From: a virus
Lineage: Duplodnaviria > Heunggongvirae > Uroviricota > Caudoviricetes
Virus record (IMG/VR): IMGVR_UViG_3300025697_002467
Length of the DNA stretch: 64,000 nucleotides
Strand: one strand, 5' to 3'
A program made the position numbers and the translations under genes. Under the pieces are notes generated by a model, which was given only the letters and a program-made list of their open reading frames with translations, did not search any database and was not told the origin of the DNA. Positions 17,490 to 26,719 of this stretch are shown piece by piece (within the stretch, counting starts at the first letter, position 1; each line of letters opens with the position of its first letter).

Positions 17490-17720
17490 TTAAAATTGGA
17501 AAGGTTCGTCCATCTTAATCATAGCTCTAGTACCCTCTAACATCCTGCCTAATCCGTTTCTTGCTGTCAAGGATTTGTAGTCATCTACCCATAATTTAAT
17601 GAGTCCTTGTTTCGATTCAGGCTTTTTATCTAATGCTTCTCTTTCTTCATCAGAAAGAGCTTTCATACGTTTCTCATGGTTTTCATGAGAAACCTCATAA
17701 CATACTCGGTCTATACGATA
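17490..17720 (-). CDS. hypothetical protein
   Basis: The listed ORF 17490..17840 overlaps a tRNA; the internal Met (MYRIDRV) gives a 77-aa product. Confidence 0.4.
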   Translation of the reverse strand, partial: YRIDRVCYEVSHENHEKRMKALSDEEREALDKKPESKQGLIKLWVDDYKSLTARNGLGRMLEGTRAMIKMDEPFQF

Positions 17721-17747
17721 CATAATCGTTACCTCATAGTTAAAAAA

Positions 17748-17824
17748 TGGTAGACCCAGTGGGAATCGAACCCACAACCTTCGGATTAAGAGTCCGCTGC
17801 TCTGCCTGATTGAGCTACAAGTCC
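17748..17824 (-). tRNA. tRNA-Lys (anticodon CTT), tentative
   Basis: Canonical D-arm and T-arm with anticodon loop CTCTTAA. The acceptor stem holds four G:U pairs, so this could be a weak or pseudo tRNA. Confidence 0.5.
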
Positions 17825-17901
17825 ATAAAACGATTGACAAGATATTCTACCCTCGATATACAATAATTACCTTTTGGGGTATTATATATAAGGAGGTTCT
17901 A

Positions 17902-18168
17902 ATGTCTCGAAGTTATAAAAAATCTCTTGCCGGTGTTCTACACTACGGCAGAGAAAATAAAAAAGGAAAACGAAGGACACATAAAGAATTAAGAGCTAAA
18001 GTGAGAGCTCTGATTCACCGATTGATGGGGAACCCTGAAGAAGAACATACGATCCCTGATATCCGAGATGTTCATATGAGTCCTGATAAGGATGTTCATC
18101 AAGATGATACCCGAGAGTTCTATAACCCCTTCTTAGAAGAATTCCCAAAAAAACTAATGAAAAAATAA
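17902..18168 (+). CDS. small basic protein (MSRSYKK family)
   Basis: Strong RBS taaggaggttctaatg. Its N-terminus MSRSYKKS is paralogous to the 22289..22600 product (MSRSYRKP). Lys/Arg-rich. Confidence 0.5.
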   Translation: MSRSYKKSLAGVLHYGRENKKGKRRTHKELRAKVRALIHRLMGNPEEEHTIPDIRDVHMSPDKDVHQDDTREFYNPFLEEFPKKLMKK

Positions 18169-18169
18169 A

Positions 18170-18246
18170 TGGTACCCGTGGTAGGACTCAAACCTACAAT
18201 TTTCGGAATAGAAATCCGCTGCCTTATTCAGTTAGGCTACACGGGC
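18170..18246 (-). tRNA. tRNA-Arg (anticodon TCT)
   Basis: Acceptor GCCCGTG/CACGGGT, anticodon loop TTTCTAT, encoded CCA. Confidence 0.75.
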
Positions 18247-18251
18247 AAAAA

Positions 18252-18321
18252 TGGTGGGAATCGAACCCTTTCGAGTCCACACATCCGAAGATATGCCTGT
18301 GTTCGTCAACACAGGATTCCC
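18252..18321 (-). ncRNA. tRNA-like structured element, non-canonical
   Basis: A 70-nt unit ending GGGTTCGATTCCC-ACCA, with a perfect GGGAATC/GATTCCC closing stem and two internal hairpins (CCTGTGTT-GACG-AACACAGG and CATATC-TTCG-GATGTG). There is no canonical D-arm or anticodon arm. Confidence 0.3.
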
Positions 18322-18327
18322 GTAAAA

Positions 18328-18405
18328 TGGTCGGGCTGCTGGGGCTTGAACCCAGAAATCTTCGGTGTAGGAGACCGCTGCTCTATCCAGTTGAGCCACA
18401 ACCCG
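18328..18405 (-). tRNA. tRNA-Arg (anticodon CCT)
   Basis: Acceptor CGGGTTG/CAGCCCG, anticodon loop CTCCTAC, T-arm CTGGGTTCAAGCCCCAG, encoded CCA. Confidence 0.7.
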
Positions 18406-18406
18406 A

Positions 18407-18739
18407 TTATTTGTACTTACGAATCCCACGAAACCCTGTCATTTGGATAGGTTCGGTGTCATATAAAGGACCAGACCTTTGAATGTATTTACCTGCTGGC
18501 CATACCACACCAGTTGTTGCACATTTCCAATCATGAGGGTATTCTTTCAGCCCTACAATCCTCATCCAACCTCGAACATTACCGTTCCAGAGAAGGTAGC
18601 ATTTATCTCCCACCTTCATTTCTTTTGGGAAATACCGTGTTTTGTAGTTCATACGGAACTTCCCGTCTTCTACGGCATCTAATTCTTTCTGGTAATCATC
18701 CCAGGATATTGTTTTCGGGATTGTGACAATCCAGTCCAT
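18407..18739 (-). CDS. hypothetical protein
   Basis: ORF of 110 aa, Trp-rich. Confidence 0.5.
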   Translation of the reverse strand: MDWIVTIPKTISWDDYQKELDAVEDGKFRMNYKTRYFPKEMKVGDKCYLLWNGNVRGWMRIVGLKEYPHDWKCATTGVVWPAGKYIQRSGPLYDTEPIQMTGFRGIRKYK

Positions 18740-18753
18740 GAGAACTCCTTAAA

Positions 18754-18837
18754 TGGCGGAAGAGACAGGAGTCGAACCTGCTAATGTTTTACCACCGACG
18801 GTTTTCAAGACCGCTTCCCACCGTTAGGCTCCCTTCC
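18754..18837 (-). tRNA. tRNA-Ser (anticodon TGA), type II with a long variable arm
   Basis: Acceptor GGAAGGG/CTCTTCC, anticodon stem GCGGT/ACCGT, loop CTTGAAA, a roughly 18-nt variable arm, encoded CCA. Confidence 0.75.
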
Positions 18838-19022
18838 AAAATAAAATGCAGAGTAGGATTGATTACCCACGAAACTGACGGTTTATCACGGCCTCCATGT
18901 AGTGTGACGGGTACTTCAACTAAACTACATACTTCCGTGTTTTCCCTGTTGTCAGATGTCCCTCGTGCAAAGGGCTAGGCCTCAAGTACCAGTTCCAGCC
19001 GTTGTCTGCAAAATTAAAGAAC

Positions 19023-19418
19023 TTAACCCAATTCCTCAATCATTTTATTGATGTCTTCCTTGGACAGATTTTGCATATCATCTGTCTCTTTCTGAGCCAA
19101 GAGGTTCATCAAGAACTGCTTTCTCTCCTTGTTGCTCTTAGCTTTCAGAACAGCTTCGTTCTCAGCTTTGCGTACCTGGATGACATGTTTGACGATATCA
19201 AATTTGTTCTTGGAAGTTTCATCAACTTTTTTTACATCATCCACAAAGGAAACCACGTCAGAAGCTTCTTTTGTTTCTTTGTACAAATCCAGGGCAATAC
19301 TATTGAGATTAGCTTTGCCAGTCTTGGAGGTTAAAGGTATGTCCCAAAGGTCTTCAGTGGTAAGATTACCTTGTGGGGTGTTAAATCGGAATTTCTGTCT
19401 TGTTGCTTTTTCAAACAT
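19023..19418 (-). CDS. hypothetical protein
   Basis: ORF of 131 aa, charged. Confidence 0.5.
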   Translation of the reverse strand: MFEKATRQKFRFNTPQGNLTTEDLWDIPLTSKTGKANLNSIALDLYKETKEASDVVSFVDDVKKVDETSKNKFDIVKHVIQVRKAENEAVLKAKSNKERKQFLMNLLAQKETDDMQNLSKEDINKMIEELG

Positions 19419-19434
19419 CTGATTTTCCTTTCAA

Positions 19435-21447
19435 TTAGAAAATGATTTTAATATCCCGTCTGAACGACCCTCTTACTCGGCACACTACCGAGTTTTTCTT
19501 CGTAGAGGAGAACCCCAGACCAGATAACTGATTGTCAGTACCTTCTATCGTTGTTTTGGAACCGACGATTTCAAGAACTTTACGGTGTTTATCAAGTTCG
19601 GTTGTGAGAAATTCATTGAAGAACCCACGAGCCTTGCCTTCATGCTTACAGCCTTCCAAGAAGAAGAAACAATGTCTGTTTCCTACTGGTTTGTCACCCC
19701 AATAGTTCGGGGAAAACATTACAGTCTGTACCTTATGGAAAGACTGAGTTGTAACATTCCAGATCGTCTTCGGAGTTTGACTGGTCGGTAAGGACGAAAG
19801 AATCTTGAATACTCCATCCTTGTACTGGATTCGAGCTACCTCTACAGTTTTCTTTGAAGGGAGGGCATTTGGGTAACTCATATGGAAAATGTTACCGTCA
19901 AATTCAATCTCTACTTCAAATCCTACATTCGTAGTGTTTCTCTTAGAATACTGATTAACACTGAGAACATAGATACCATTCTTCATCTTACGACGGTTTG
20001 GGTATGTGATGTTCTCAACAGGATCAACAGAGTTGTTCCTACCACCAGCATTCATATCTACGTCAAGTCTTCCACCTGTGCTAACTGAGCGTTTAGTACT
20101 GAAATGTATATGGTACCCACCAGCTTCTTTCATGTGGAGATCCAAATCGTCAGAGTTGAACCAACTCAGTGAACATCTGAGATCACCTGTAACATCTCCT
20201 CCGGCCTTCTTAACTCTTTCTTTAATAGAGTCAGCTACTTCCCCTGCATAACTCCAGGAAAAAGCATTCGGCCATTTGAACATCAAAGGGGCATGTTCTT
20301 GCTCTGGTGCAACCAAGCTGACAAAGTTTGGGTTGTGACGGTTTTCTACCAGAAGCTCAAGACTTTCAGCTTTAGGTAATACTTCTTTAAGGAAAATATC
20401 AATAGAAACCTCTTCCATTTTATCAGAGCTTTTGATCTTTTCAGAAGTTCCGGCAGCTACTTCATCAAACACGTCATTCATCAGTTCTTTTGCAGAACGA
20501 TCAGCAAACAACACATCGGTAGCCGAGATGTCTTCCAGTACAGCAAGGCGTCTTTCGATGGATGGTAAGAAGCCAAGGTCTTCGATTGTTTTTTTGGCTT
20601 TGGCTACCATAGTTTTGGTTACTAATGCCGTTGGACGTTTGTAGTTTTCAGGTGCAACTTTTGCTTCAAAAGAACCTACTGCATGATCCAATGCAACTTC
20701 ATTGGACAAGTCAACAAGCAGAGTACCTATTGAAGTGCTTCGGATTCTGAGTGTTGCTTCTGAACCAGACTGAACTTTTGACCAGCAGAAAAACGTCTTG
20801 TTTTCAGCTTTATCAAACTCAGTTTTCAGCTTTTTGAAGGCTGTAACTATAGCCTTCTGCTCTTCACCACGGTAAAGGGAATTCTGGCCGATGAGTTCAA
20901 GAACGGTATCAATAGCATCAACTTTGATTTCTTCCAAAGAACGGAACATCACATCAAAGGTTGAACGGTATCTGCCGAGCTTGGTTCCAATGTCTGATTT
21001 CTGGCATTGTAAACTTGCAGGGAGTTTGAGATAAAAGTGTTCCCATTGAATCCTGTCGGTGGTGCCTTCTTTTTCCTCAAAGTTCTTGTCCACTCCAATA
21101 GCACTTTCACTGTGAAGGAAGACGTTTTCAATAGCACAGGACTTCACAAGAGCGGATAAAGCATCCGTAACAGGTTGATAACCCTCACCAACCTCTACAT
21201 CCCACAGGCTTACCAACTCACCCTTATGGATGACAACCATACCACCAGCTTGTTTAATGAACTGACGGCAGCAAGAACAATCGTGTTCCGTTCGTTCTCG
21301 GAAAATTGGGTTAGTGCCTTCTTCAAAAGAATTCAGGTAAGTTTCCCAGAGCAGGTCTCTGTCGACATTTACTCGAAAAACACTACCTAACTTTTGCATT
21401 TTGCTAAAATGCACACTTATAGCTTTTTTAAAAATTGAAAAATTCAT
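19435..21447 (-). CDS. large hypothetical protein (670 aa)
   Basis: Long uninterrupted ORF with a CSCC motif near the N-terminus. No domain could be assigned by eye. Confidence 0.6.
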   Translation of the reverse strand: MNFSIFKKAISVHFSKMQKLGSVFRVNVDRDLLWETYLNSFEEGTNPIFRERTEHDCSCCRQFIKQAGGMVVIHKGELVSLWDVEVGEGYQPVTDALSALVKSCAIENVFLHSESAIGVDKNFEEKEGTTDRIQWEHFYLKLPASLQCQKSDIGTKLGRYRSTFDVMFRSLEEIKVDAIDTVLELIGQNSLYRGEEQKAIVTAFKKLKTEFDKAENKTFFCWSKVQSGSEATLRIRSTSIGTLLVDLSNEVALDHAVGSFEAKVAPENYKRPTALVTKTMVAKAKKTIEDLGFLPSIERRLAVLEDISATDVLFADRSAKELMNDVFDEVAAGTSEKIKSSDKMEEVSIDIFLKEVLPKAESLELLVENRHNPNFVSLVAPEQEHAPLMFKWPNAFSWSYAGEVADSIKERVKKAGGDVTGDLRCSLSWFNSDDLDLHMKEAGGYHIHFSTKRSVSTGGRLDVDMNAGGRNNSVDPVENITYPNRRKMKNGIYVLSVNQYSKRNTTNVGFEVEIEFDGNIFHMSYPNALPSKKTVEVARIQYKDGVFKILSSLPTSQTPKTIWNVTTQSFHKVQTVMFSPNYWGDKPVGNRHCFFFLEGCKHEGKARGFFNEFLTTELDKHRKVLEIVGSKTTIEGTDNQLSGLGFSSTKKNSVVCRVRGSFRRDIKIIF

Positions 21448-21940
21448 TTGTATTACTCCTTTGTGATGTCTGTTTATCTAAGTGGCTTTGACCACTAGCT
21501 CATTCAATATTACCCTAAAAAAGTTTGAATGCACCCCCAACGACCGATGGGCCGTACTCCTAATGTGAATTATAGAGACCCGTAAAGTTGCACCTAGGCA
21601 CCATGTCACATCACGGTGATTCCTAGTCAGGCTTCAACGACTGGGAGAACATTCAGGCCGGTAATTAATCGGCCTCTTTCAAATTTAAAAGAATACCCTA
21701 CTGGGTTTGCACCAGCATCTCCCTACTCCACGTAGGGCGGTCTTAATTAGACGAAGGGCTCTCGTAAAACAATCCAACTAATACCAAGTTCTTAAAAGGC
21801 TAAGACTGCCTCATGGTATTGTTTTCATGTCTCACTATTCAAATTCTATGTTGGACAACACGACCTTTGCACCCTACGGGTCATCCTAAGATGTAACCTA
21901 CGGGTTATCTAGTCATGTCGTCTAACATAGAATCGAAAAA

Positions 21941-22016
21941 TGGTGGAGCTGGCGGGAGTCGAACCCGCTACCTCTTGAATGCCATTCAAGCACTCTACCA
22001 GATGAGCTACAGCCCC
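21941..22016 (-). tRNA. tRNA-Ala (anticodon GGC)
   Basis: Acceptor GGGGCTG/CAGCTCC with a G3:U70 pair, anticodon stem CTTGA/TCAAG, loop ATGGCAT, encoded CCA. Confidence 0.8.
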
Positions 22017-22288
22017 AAAATATGTCGGTAGTAGTGACGATAAAACAGTCGTCCCATTTATAACCCCATGCGGGGTAACTACCTAAATTTTCAGACAATA
22101 ATGATAAACCTTGTTAGTTCCTAGCTCCATCTATCCAATAAGCATCCGGCTAAACGACCTATCCGGCAGGTATTTGTATTATCATTATCACCATATCAAG
22201 TTTCTTAAGATGGGCGTCGAAAGGCTTTAAGGAAACCGCGTCAACGACGAGATTCAATAAAGGTTGACCCCTTCAACTAACCCGCTTT

Positions 22289-22600
22289 CTATTTTCTTTT
22301 CAAAGGTTCAAACCAAGTGTTTTCTTCATTTTCATCAGCCCATTCGTTGGCTATGTGTTCTGCTTGGTAGGGATTAGTTCTCCCGTCTCCAAAGTAGATA
22401 GCACCCCAATCAAGATCTCTACTACCCGCTTTACCACGGTTACGATCTTGACGATGAATGAAGTTGAAGTCCTCTTCTTCAATGTGAAGAAGTTGTCGTA
22501 TTTTACGACGAATTGCCCGACTTGTAACTTGCTTGCCTTTTTTGGAATGATTTCCACCAGTGGCAAAGCTAAATGCAGGCTTACGGTATGACCGTGACAT
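22289..22600 (-). CDS. small basic protein (MSRSYRK family; paralog of the 17902..18168 gene)
   Basis: The internal Met of the listed 22289..22690 ORF gives MSRSYRKPAFSF...; it shares its N-terminal motif and basic character with the other copy. Confidence 0.5.
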   Translation of the reverse strand: MSRSYRKPAFSFATGGNHSKKGKQVTSRAIRRKIRQLLHIEEEDFNFIHRQDRNRGKAGSRDLDWGAIYFGDGRTNPYQAEHIANEWADENEENTWFEPLKRK

Positions 22601-23395
22601 TGTGACCTCCTTTTTAAAGGTTTCACAACATGACGGACCTCCTTCCTTGGTTAAAGATACTGAGCTGTAGGCCAAAAATACCCACACCATCTAATAGATG
22701 CCTTCACTTAGGCAAAGGTACTCAGTAAGTCATTCAGTATATTATGCCGAGCTATGAGTCATGAACTCATCAACCAATCTTTAAGTAAAACACACTCCCA
22801 AAGCTTAACTGAGAAGCTGATCAGCACTTGATACAGCTCGTAGGCAGCTACCTACAATGAATTACCAAACCAGATTAACCGCCCCTTACAGGAACAGGGA
22901 CTCTCGACATAATACACCGAACAGTTTAAATTATCAACCCTTAGCAGGGATTGAACCTGCATTCTCCACTATACGTGGCATCCTACCGTTAGAAGATAAG
23001 AGTTAGATGTGCAATCCCCTAAACAATCAAAGCCTTTCCTAGGATGCTCTTCTTTAATCTAGGTTCTTACAATTATCAAAAAACCGGTGGGTAACAGACA
23101 ACCGTGAAAGGATTGTTACTTCCTATCTCGGCAAAGAGACAGATGAGTACCTTATGGTTGATGCCTTTAGTGAGGTTGGACTAGCTTTGCAGAGCATACC
23201 AACTGAACTAATGCAGAGGTCTGAAACCCTAATTACCTTATTCAATATCCTATCAGGAAATGCAGTTCCAGACAGTTAGATTTGAACCAACGTCCTCCTG
23301 CACTCTGGCAGGTGCTCTACCAGACTGAGCTACATCCAGATTTGCATGACCTGATACGATATTGAATTGCTATTTAGTTTTCAATGAACGTCTTT

Positions 23396-23432
23396 CTTAC
23401 TACAACAACCCACGGGAATCCAAAACTAAGCC
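23396..23432 (-). promoter_or_regulatory. conserved promoter-like motif, copy 4
   Basis: Extended form TTCTTACTACAACAACCCAC...AAACTAAGCC. Confidence 0.45.
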
Positions 23433-23444
23433 AAAGTTGTAAAA

Positions 23445-23519
23445 TGGAGACCCCGACGGGGATTGAACCCGCGTTACCGGATTGAGAGTCCAGCTTCCTA
23501 GCCACTAGAAGACAGGTCC
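23445..23519 (-). tRNA. tRNA-Glu (anticodon CTC), tentative
   Basis: D-arm CTTCTAGTGGCTAGGAAG, anticodon stem CTGGA/TCCGG, loop CTCTCAA, T-arm GCGGGTTCAATCCCCGT, encoded CCA. The acceptor has one A:G mismatch. Confidence 0.5.
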
Positions 23520-23771
23520 TTAATTTTTAGTTTCTTTTCTCCAAGTTACTGTTTTTAATTTGGGTTCTTGTGGTTTGTAGTTTTCCATACTATCACCAAA
23601 TACCCTTACAAGACCTACATTATTAACTGCTGCTGTTGAGTTTGTTGGTGTAGGGTTTGTTTTTATAACTTCTGGACAATGTTCACAATGAGGACATAAA
23701 GTCCAATCATTTGTGATTTCTTTTGAAGGAAACCATTCTAAACATTGCTGGCATTGTTTACGTTGTTCCAT
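23520..23771 (-). CDS. hypothetical zinc-ribbon protein
   Basis: The listed 23520..23969 ORF runs through two tRNAs; the internal Met (MEQRKQCQQC...CPHCEHC) gives an 83-aa product. Confidence 0.4.
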   Translation of the reverse strand: MEQRKQCQQCLEWFPSKEITNDWTLCPHCEHCPEVIKTNPTPTNSTAAVNNVGLVRVFGDSMENYKPQEPKLKTVTWRKETKN

Positions 23772-23797
23772 AGTAAAATAATCTCCTAAGTAAAAAA

Positions 23798-23871
23798 TGG
23801 AGCGGGTAACCGGACTCGAACCGGTATCTCCAACTTGGAAGGCTGGGGCCCAACCCTTAGACCATACCCGC
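23798..23871 (-). tRNA. tRNA-Gly (anticodon TCC)
   Basis: Acceptor GCGGGTA/TACCCGC, anticodon stem CCAGC/GTTGG, loop CTTCCAA, encoded CCA. Confidence 0.8.
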
Positions 23872-23908
23872 TTACATATACTGATTATCATACCCTTAAA
23901 ATTAAAAA

Positions 23909-23983
23909 TGGTACGGGCGGAGGGGATCGAACCCTCGACAATTGGTTTATCAGACCAATCTTCTACCACTGAAATACACCCGT
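23909..23983 (-). tRNA. tRNA-Ile (anticodon GAT)
   Basis: Acceptor ACGGGTG/CGCCCGT, anticodon stem TTGGT/ACCAA, loop CTGATAA, encoded CCA. Confidence 0.8.
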
Positions 23984-23989
23984 TTAAAA

Positions 23990-24065
23990 TGGTGGGACTG
24001 GGGCGGCTCGAACGCCCTACTTACGAATTAAAAGTTCGTTGCTCTACCTGTTGAGCTACAGTCCC
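23990..24065 (-). tRNA. tRNA-Lys (anticodon TTT)
   Basis: Fully canonical cloverleaf: acceptor GGGACTG/CAGTCCC, anticodon loop CTTTTAA, encoded CCA. Confidence 0.85.
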
Positions 24066-24778
24066 TAATGGTTTCTTAGGTGTTTCCGAATGGCATTATC
24101 AGAAACCCCAAGTTTTTTTGCTACTTGTGTCATAGGCATACTGTTTACTAACACCATCAAGTCTTTATAGGATGGCCATTCTATTTTAGTGGGCCTTACC
24201 CTTGACTTTTCTGCACAAATTTTACATTGTTGTGAAGTATGGAACTTTACTCTTCCACAAGAACAAATAGTTTTATCTGATTGAGGTTTTCGGTATTTAT
24301 TACGTCCTTTATAAGTAGGGAGTTGGGAATCACAATGAGGGCATATAATTCTTAAATTTTCTATCCTGTTATCAGAGCTATCCCCATTTATATGGTCTAA
24401 GTGTAAGATTAAAGGCTGACCTTTCCAGATTGGCTCCTGCCCACATAAGGAACATACATTATTTAAGAGTTTCTTTGACAACAACCGATGTTTTAAATTA
24501 TATGTTGATGTGTTTGGTGAATTAGAAACCAGTATCTCTGATAGTTTCCTTTTTTTATGATACCTACTAATATTATTTGATAAATGTGATACATCAACAC
24601 CATCATTAAGTGCTCTAGTTAATAATGTCATCCTGTTTGAACCTACAGGGCGTAACCCACATCTAGTGAGGGCTTCAGACATTGTTTTAGATACTTGGAT
24701 AATATCTCTAAATTCATCAATTGTTTTTTCATAAATAATACTAGGCATTTGAACCTCCATTCTTAGTGCTTTACACAC
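24065..24778 (-). CDS. HNH homing endonuclease with a C-terminal HTH-like domain
   Basis: LDHINGDSSDNRIENLRIICPHCDSQ HNH core; paralog of the 6299..7168 gene. Its stop codon abuts the tRNA-Lys 5' end. Confidence 0.8.
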   Translation of the reverse strand: MCKALRMEVQMPSIIYEKTIDEFRDIIQVSKTMSEALTRCGLRPVGSNRMTLLTRALNDGVDVSHLSNNISRYHKKRKLSEILVSNSPNTSTYNLKHRLLSKKLLNNVCSLCGQEPIWKGQPLILHLDHINGDSSDNRIENLRIICPHCDSQLPTYKGRNKYRKPQSDKTICSCGRVKFHTSQQCKICAEKSRVRPTKIEWPSYKDLMVLVNSMPMTQVAKKLGVSDNAIRKHLRNH

Positions 24779-24866
24779 TTAGAGGGTTCAATAATACAAA
24801 AATTGAAAAAACACCCAAGAGGGTGCTCGGTGTCCTGTGTTAGACGAGAAGGTAATAATTATACGA

Positions 24867-24975
24867 TGGAGGGGAGGTTGGTAGATTCGAACTACCTCGA
24901 CCCCGTAAGACATGCAAAACAAAGAGGTCTTTCCCTATAGAGTTATTGCTGGCCATACAATAACCCCTTCTCCCC
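24867..24975 (-). ncRNA. long tRNA-like element (~109 nt), non-canonical
   Basis: Ends with the T-arm GGTAGTTCGAATCTACC followed by CCTCCCC-T-CCA, which pairs with the 5' GGGGAG. The interior has a 7-bp hairpin GTTATTG/CAATAAC and no canonical D-arm or anticodon arm. Confidence 0.25.
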
Positions 24976-24980
24976 ATAAA

Positions 24981-25057
24981 TGGTCCGATACCCCAGATTT
25001 GAACTGGGAACCTCTTGATCCCGAACCAAGCACCCTACCAGATTGGGCCAGTATCGG
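24981..25057 (-). tRNA. tRNA-Pro (anticodon CGG)
   Basis: Perfect acceptor CCGATAC/GTATCGG, anticodon stem CTTGG/TCAAG, loop TTCGGGA, encoded CCA. Confidence 0.75.
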
Positions 25058-25180
25058 TTAATTTGCCATGTACTAAAAAGTGTGGCCACACCTTCCAGTA
25101 TTTGGGTTTAGTTACCTTCTCAGAGGATCACCCTGATATACGTCTAAAACCCGTTGCCCATGGCCCAGCAGTATTCAAAA

Positions 25181-25257
25181 TGGTCGGAGTAGACAGATTT
25201 GAACTGTCGGCTTCTTGACCCCCAGTCAAGCGGTCTACCAGACTGACCTATACCCCG
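25181..25257 (-). tRNA. tRNA-Pro (anticodon GGG)
   Basis: Acceptor CGGGGTA/TACTCCG, anticodon stem CTTGA/TCAAG, loop CTGGGGG, encoded CCA. Confidence 0.75.
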
Positions 25258-25414
25258 GAAAATGTTAATACAATATTGTGTTACACACAGATTTGTGTAG
25301 TAAAACATACTCGGGCAGGAGTCGAACCTGCATTACCAAGTTAATCCCTGGCGTGTTTCCTAAACCAACACTCATGAGGTATTGGTGTTTTTTTTATCAC
25401 TACCGAGTAAAAAA

Positions 25415-25491
25415 TGGTCGAGGTACTCAGATTCGAACTGAGGACTTCCTGCTCCCAAAGCAGGCGGACTACCAGACTGTCCTATACCTCG
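25415..25491 (-). tRNA. tRNA-Pro (anticodon TGG)
   Basis: Acceptor CGAGGTA/TACCTCG, anticodon stem CCTGC/GCAGG, loop TTTGGGA, encoded CCA. Confidence 0.8.
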
Positions 25492-25725
25492 TTATTTGTG
25501 TTTTCGTTTCTTTAATCTTGGAACAGACCCCATCGGAGTCCATTCATATTCCCCATCAATAGGGAATTTTTGTATTTGTTTAGGATAATCTCCTACACCT
25601 TTGATGAGTATTCGTTTCTGTTCACCTGTCAGGTTTAAACATTCCTCAGAATCCAAGATCCATCGGATACGTTCCCAAACTTGGTACTTGTTCTCACGTT
25701 CGACCTGAATGGAGAACTGTCCCAT
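25492..25725 (-). CDS. hypothetical protein
   Basis: ORF of 77 aa sitting between tRNAs. Confidence 0.4.
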   Translation of the reverse strand: MGQFSIQVERENKYQVWERIRWILDSEECLNLTGEQKRILIKGVGDYPKQIQKFPIDGEYEWTPMGSVPRLKKRKHK

Positions 25726-25800
25726 ATTAGGGTCGTACTGAGAAACTTCTACTTCATAGCTTCCTGGCGGTGCATAGCTTCCTCCTGATGTAAAAATAAA

Positions 25801-25878
25801 TGGCGGAACATATGGGATTTGAACCCATGATCTCTGCCTTGACAGGGCAGCGTCTTAAGCCAACTAGACTAATGCTCC
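25801..25878 (-). tRNA. tRNA-Asp (anticodon GTC)
   Basis: Acceptor GGAGCAT/ATGTTCC, anticodon stem CTGCC/GGCAG, loop CTGTCAA, encoded CCA. Confidence 0.8.
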
Positions 25879-25886
25879 ATATATAA

Positions 25887-26432
25887 TTAAGTTCCTTGTA
25901 GAGCTGGAACTTGTTCACATTCTTCTCTTAATAGGGAGTACATTTTGTAATCCCTATGCTCACCTCTATTGAAAGCACATTTCCTCATCGTTCCTTCGTG
26001 CCGATAGTGACATTTCTCAGCTACTTTCTGGCAACCGATGTTATCAACATCCATCATAACTTGTAAACGAGGAGTTTCAAAGTTCTGGAAAAGATAATTA
26101 GACATGATCTTTAGTGCCTCAGTCATGTATCCTTTACTTCTGTGTTCGGCCTTAAAGATATGGAATCCGATCTCATACCCATTTACATAAGCACCATTTG
26201 AGAAGTACCCAATACTTCCGATAATGTTCTCTTGGGTGTTGCAGATAAGTAACCAACCCTCATCATTGTCCCACAAGCCTGTGTCCTTGAACTCTTTTTC
26301 GAGCTGAGACAGACTTCGAAGATATGAAGGCCAGAACTTACCTCTTTCAGTGAGATCGTTATCTAACTGAAGGTATTCTTCAAGGCCTTCTTTTCTGAAA
26401 GTTCTTAAAATAACTTTTTCACCTGTAATCAT
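25887..26432 (-). CDS. GNAT-family N-acetyltransferase (RimJ/RimL-like)
   Basis: GSIGY...YEIGFHIF...KGYMTEAL acetyl-CoA-binding region typical of RimJ/RimL-type GNAT enzymes. Confidence 0.7.
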   Translation of the reverse strand: MITGEKVILRTFRKEGLEEYLQLDNDLTERGKFWPSYLRSLSQLEKEFKDTGLWDNDEGWLLICNTQENIIGSIGYFSNGAYVNGYEIGFHIFKAEHRSKGYMTEALKIMSNYLFQNFETPRLQVMMDVDNIGCQKVAEKCHYRHEGTMRKCAFNRGEHRDYKMYSLLREECEQVPALQGT

Positions 26433-26595
26433 TTTCTCACCTCTATATAATGAACTTATTATATGATACCCAAAATGACGGGTTTCTCGGGAAGGGATTT
26501 GAACCCTCTTTACACTGACCTTTGGCCAGCATCTTTACCAGTATGTTGCATCTCCGATAATTCCCTAACAGACTGTCATGACAGTCCATTAACAA

Positions 26596-26671
26596 TGGCG
26601 ACCGTATAGGGGTTTGAACCCTAGTTGCCGAATTGAAAGTCCGGTGTCCTGACCAATTGGACGATACGGTC
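26596..26671 (-). tRNA. tRNA-Glu (anticodon TTC)
   Basis: Perfect acceptor GACCGTA/TACGGTC, anticodon stem CCGGA/TTCGG, loop CTTTCAA, encoded CCA. Confidence 0.8.
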
Positions 26672-26719
26672 ATTAAATGTTTTTGTCAGAAAAACTATAC
26701 TTTTTTCTGACAAAATAAA

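Noticed and set aside
18840-19022. A possible additional tRNA or small RNA between tRNA-Ser and the 19023..19418 gene
   Set aside because: The region contains hairpins (CCCTCGTGCAAAGGG) but I could not fold a cloverleaf with acceptor, D-, anticodon and T-arms. It is left uncalled.
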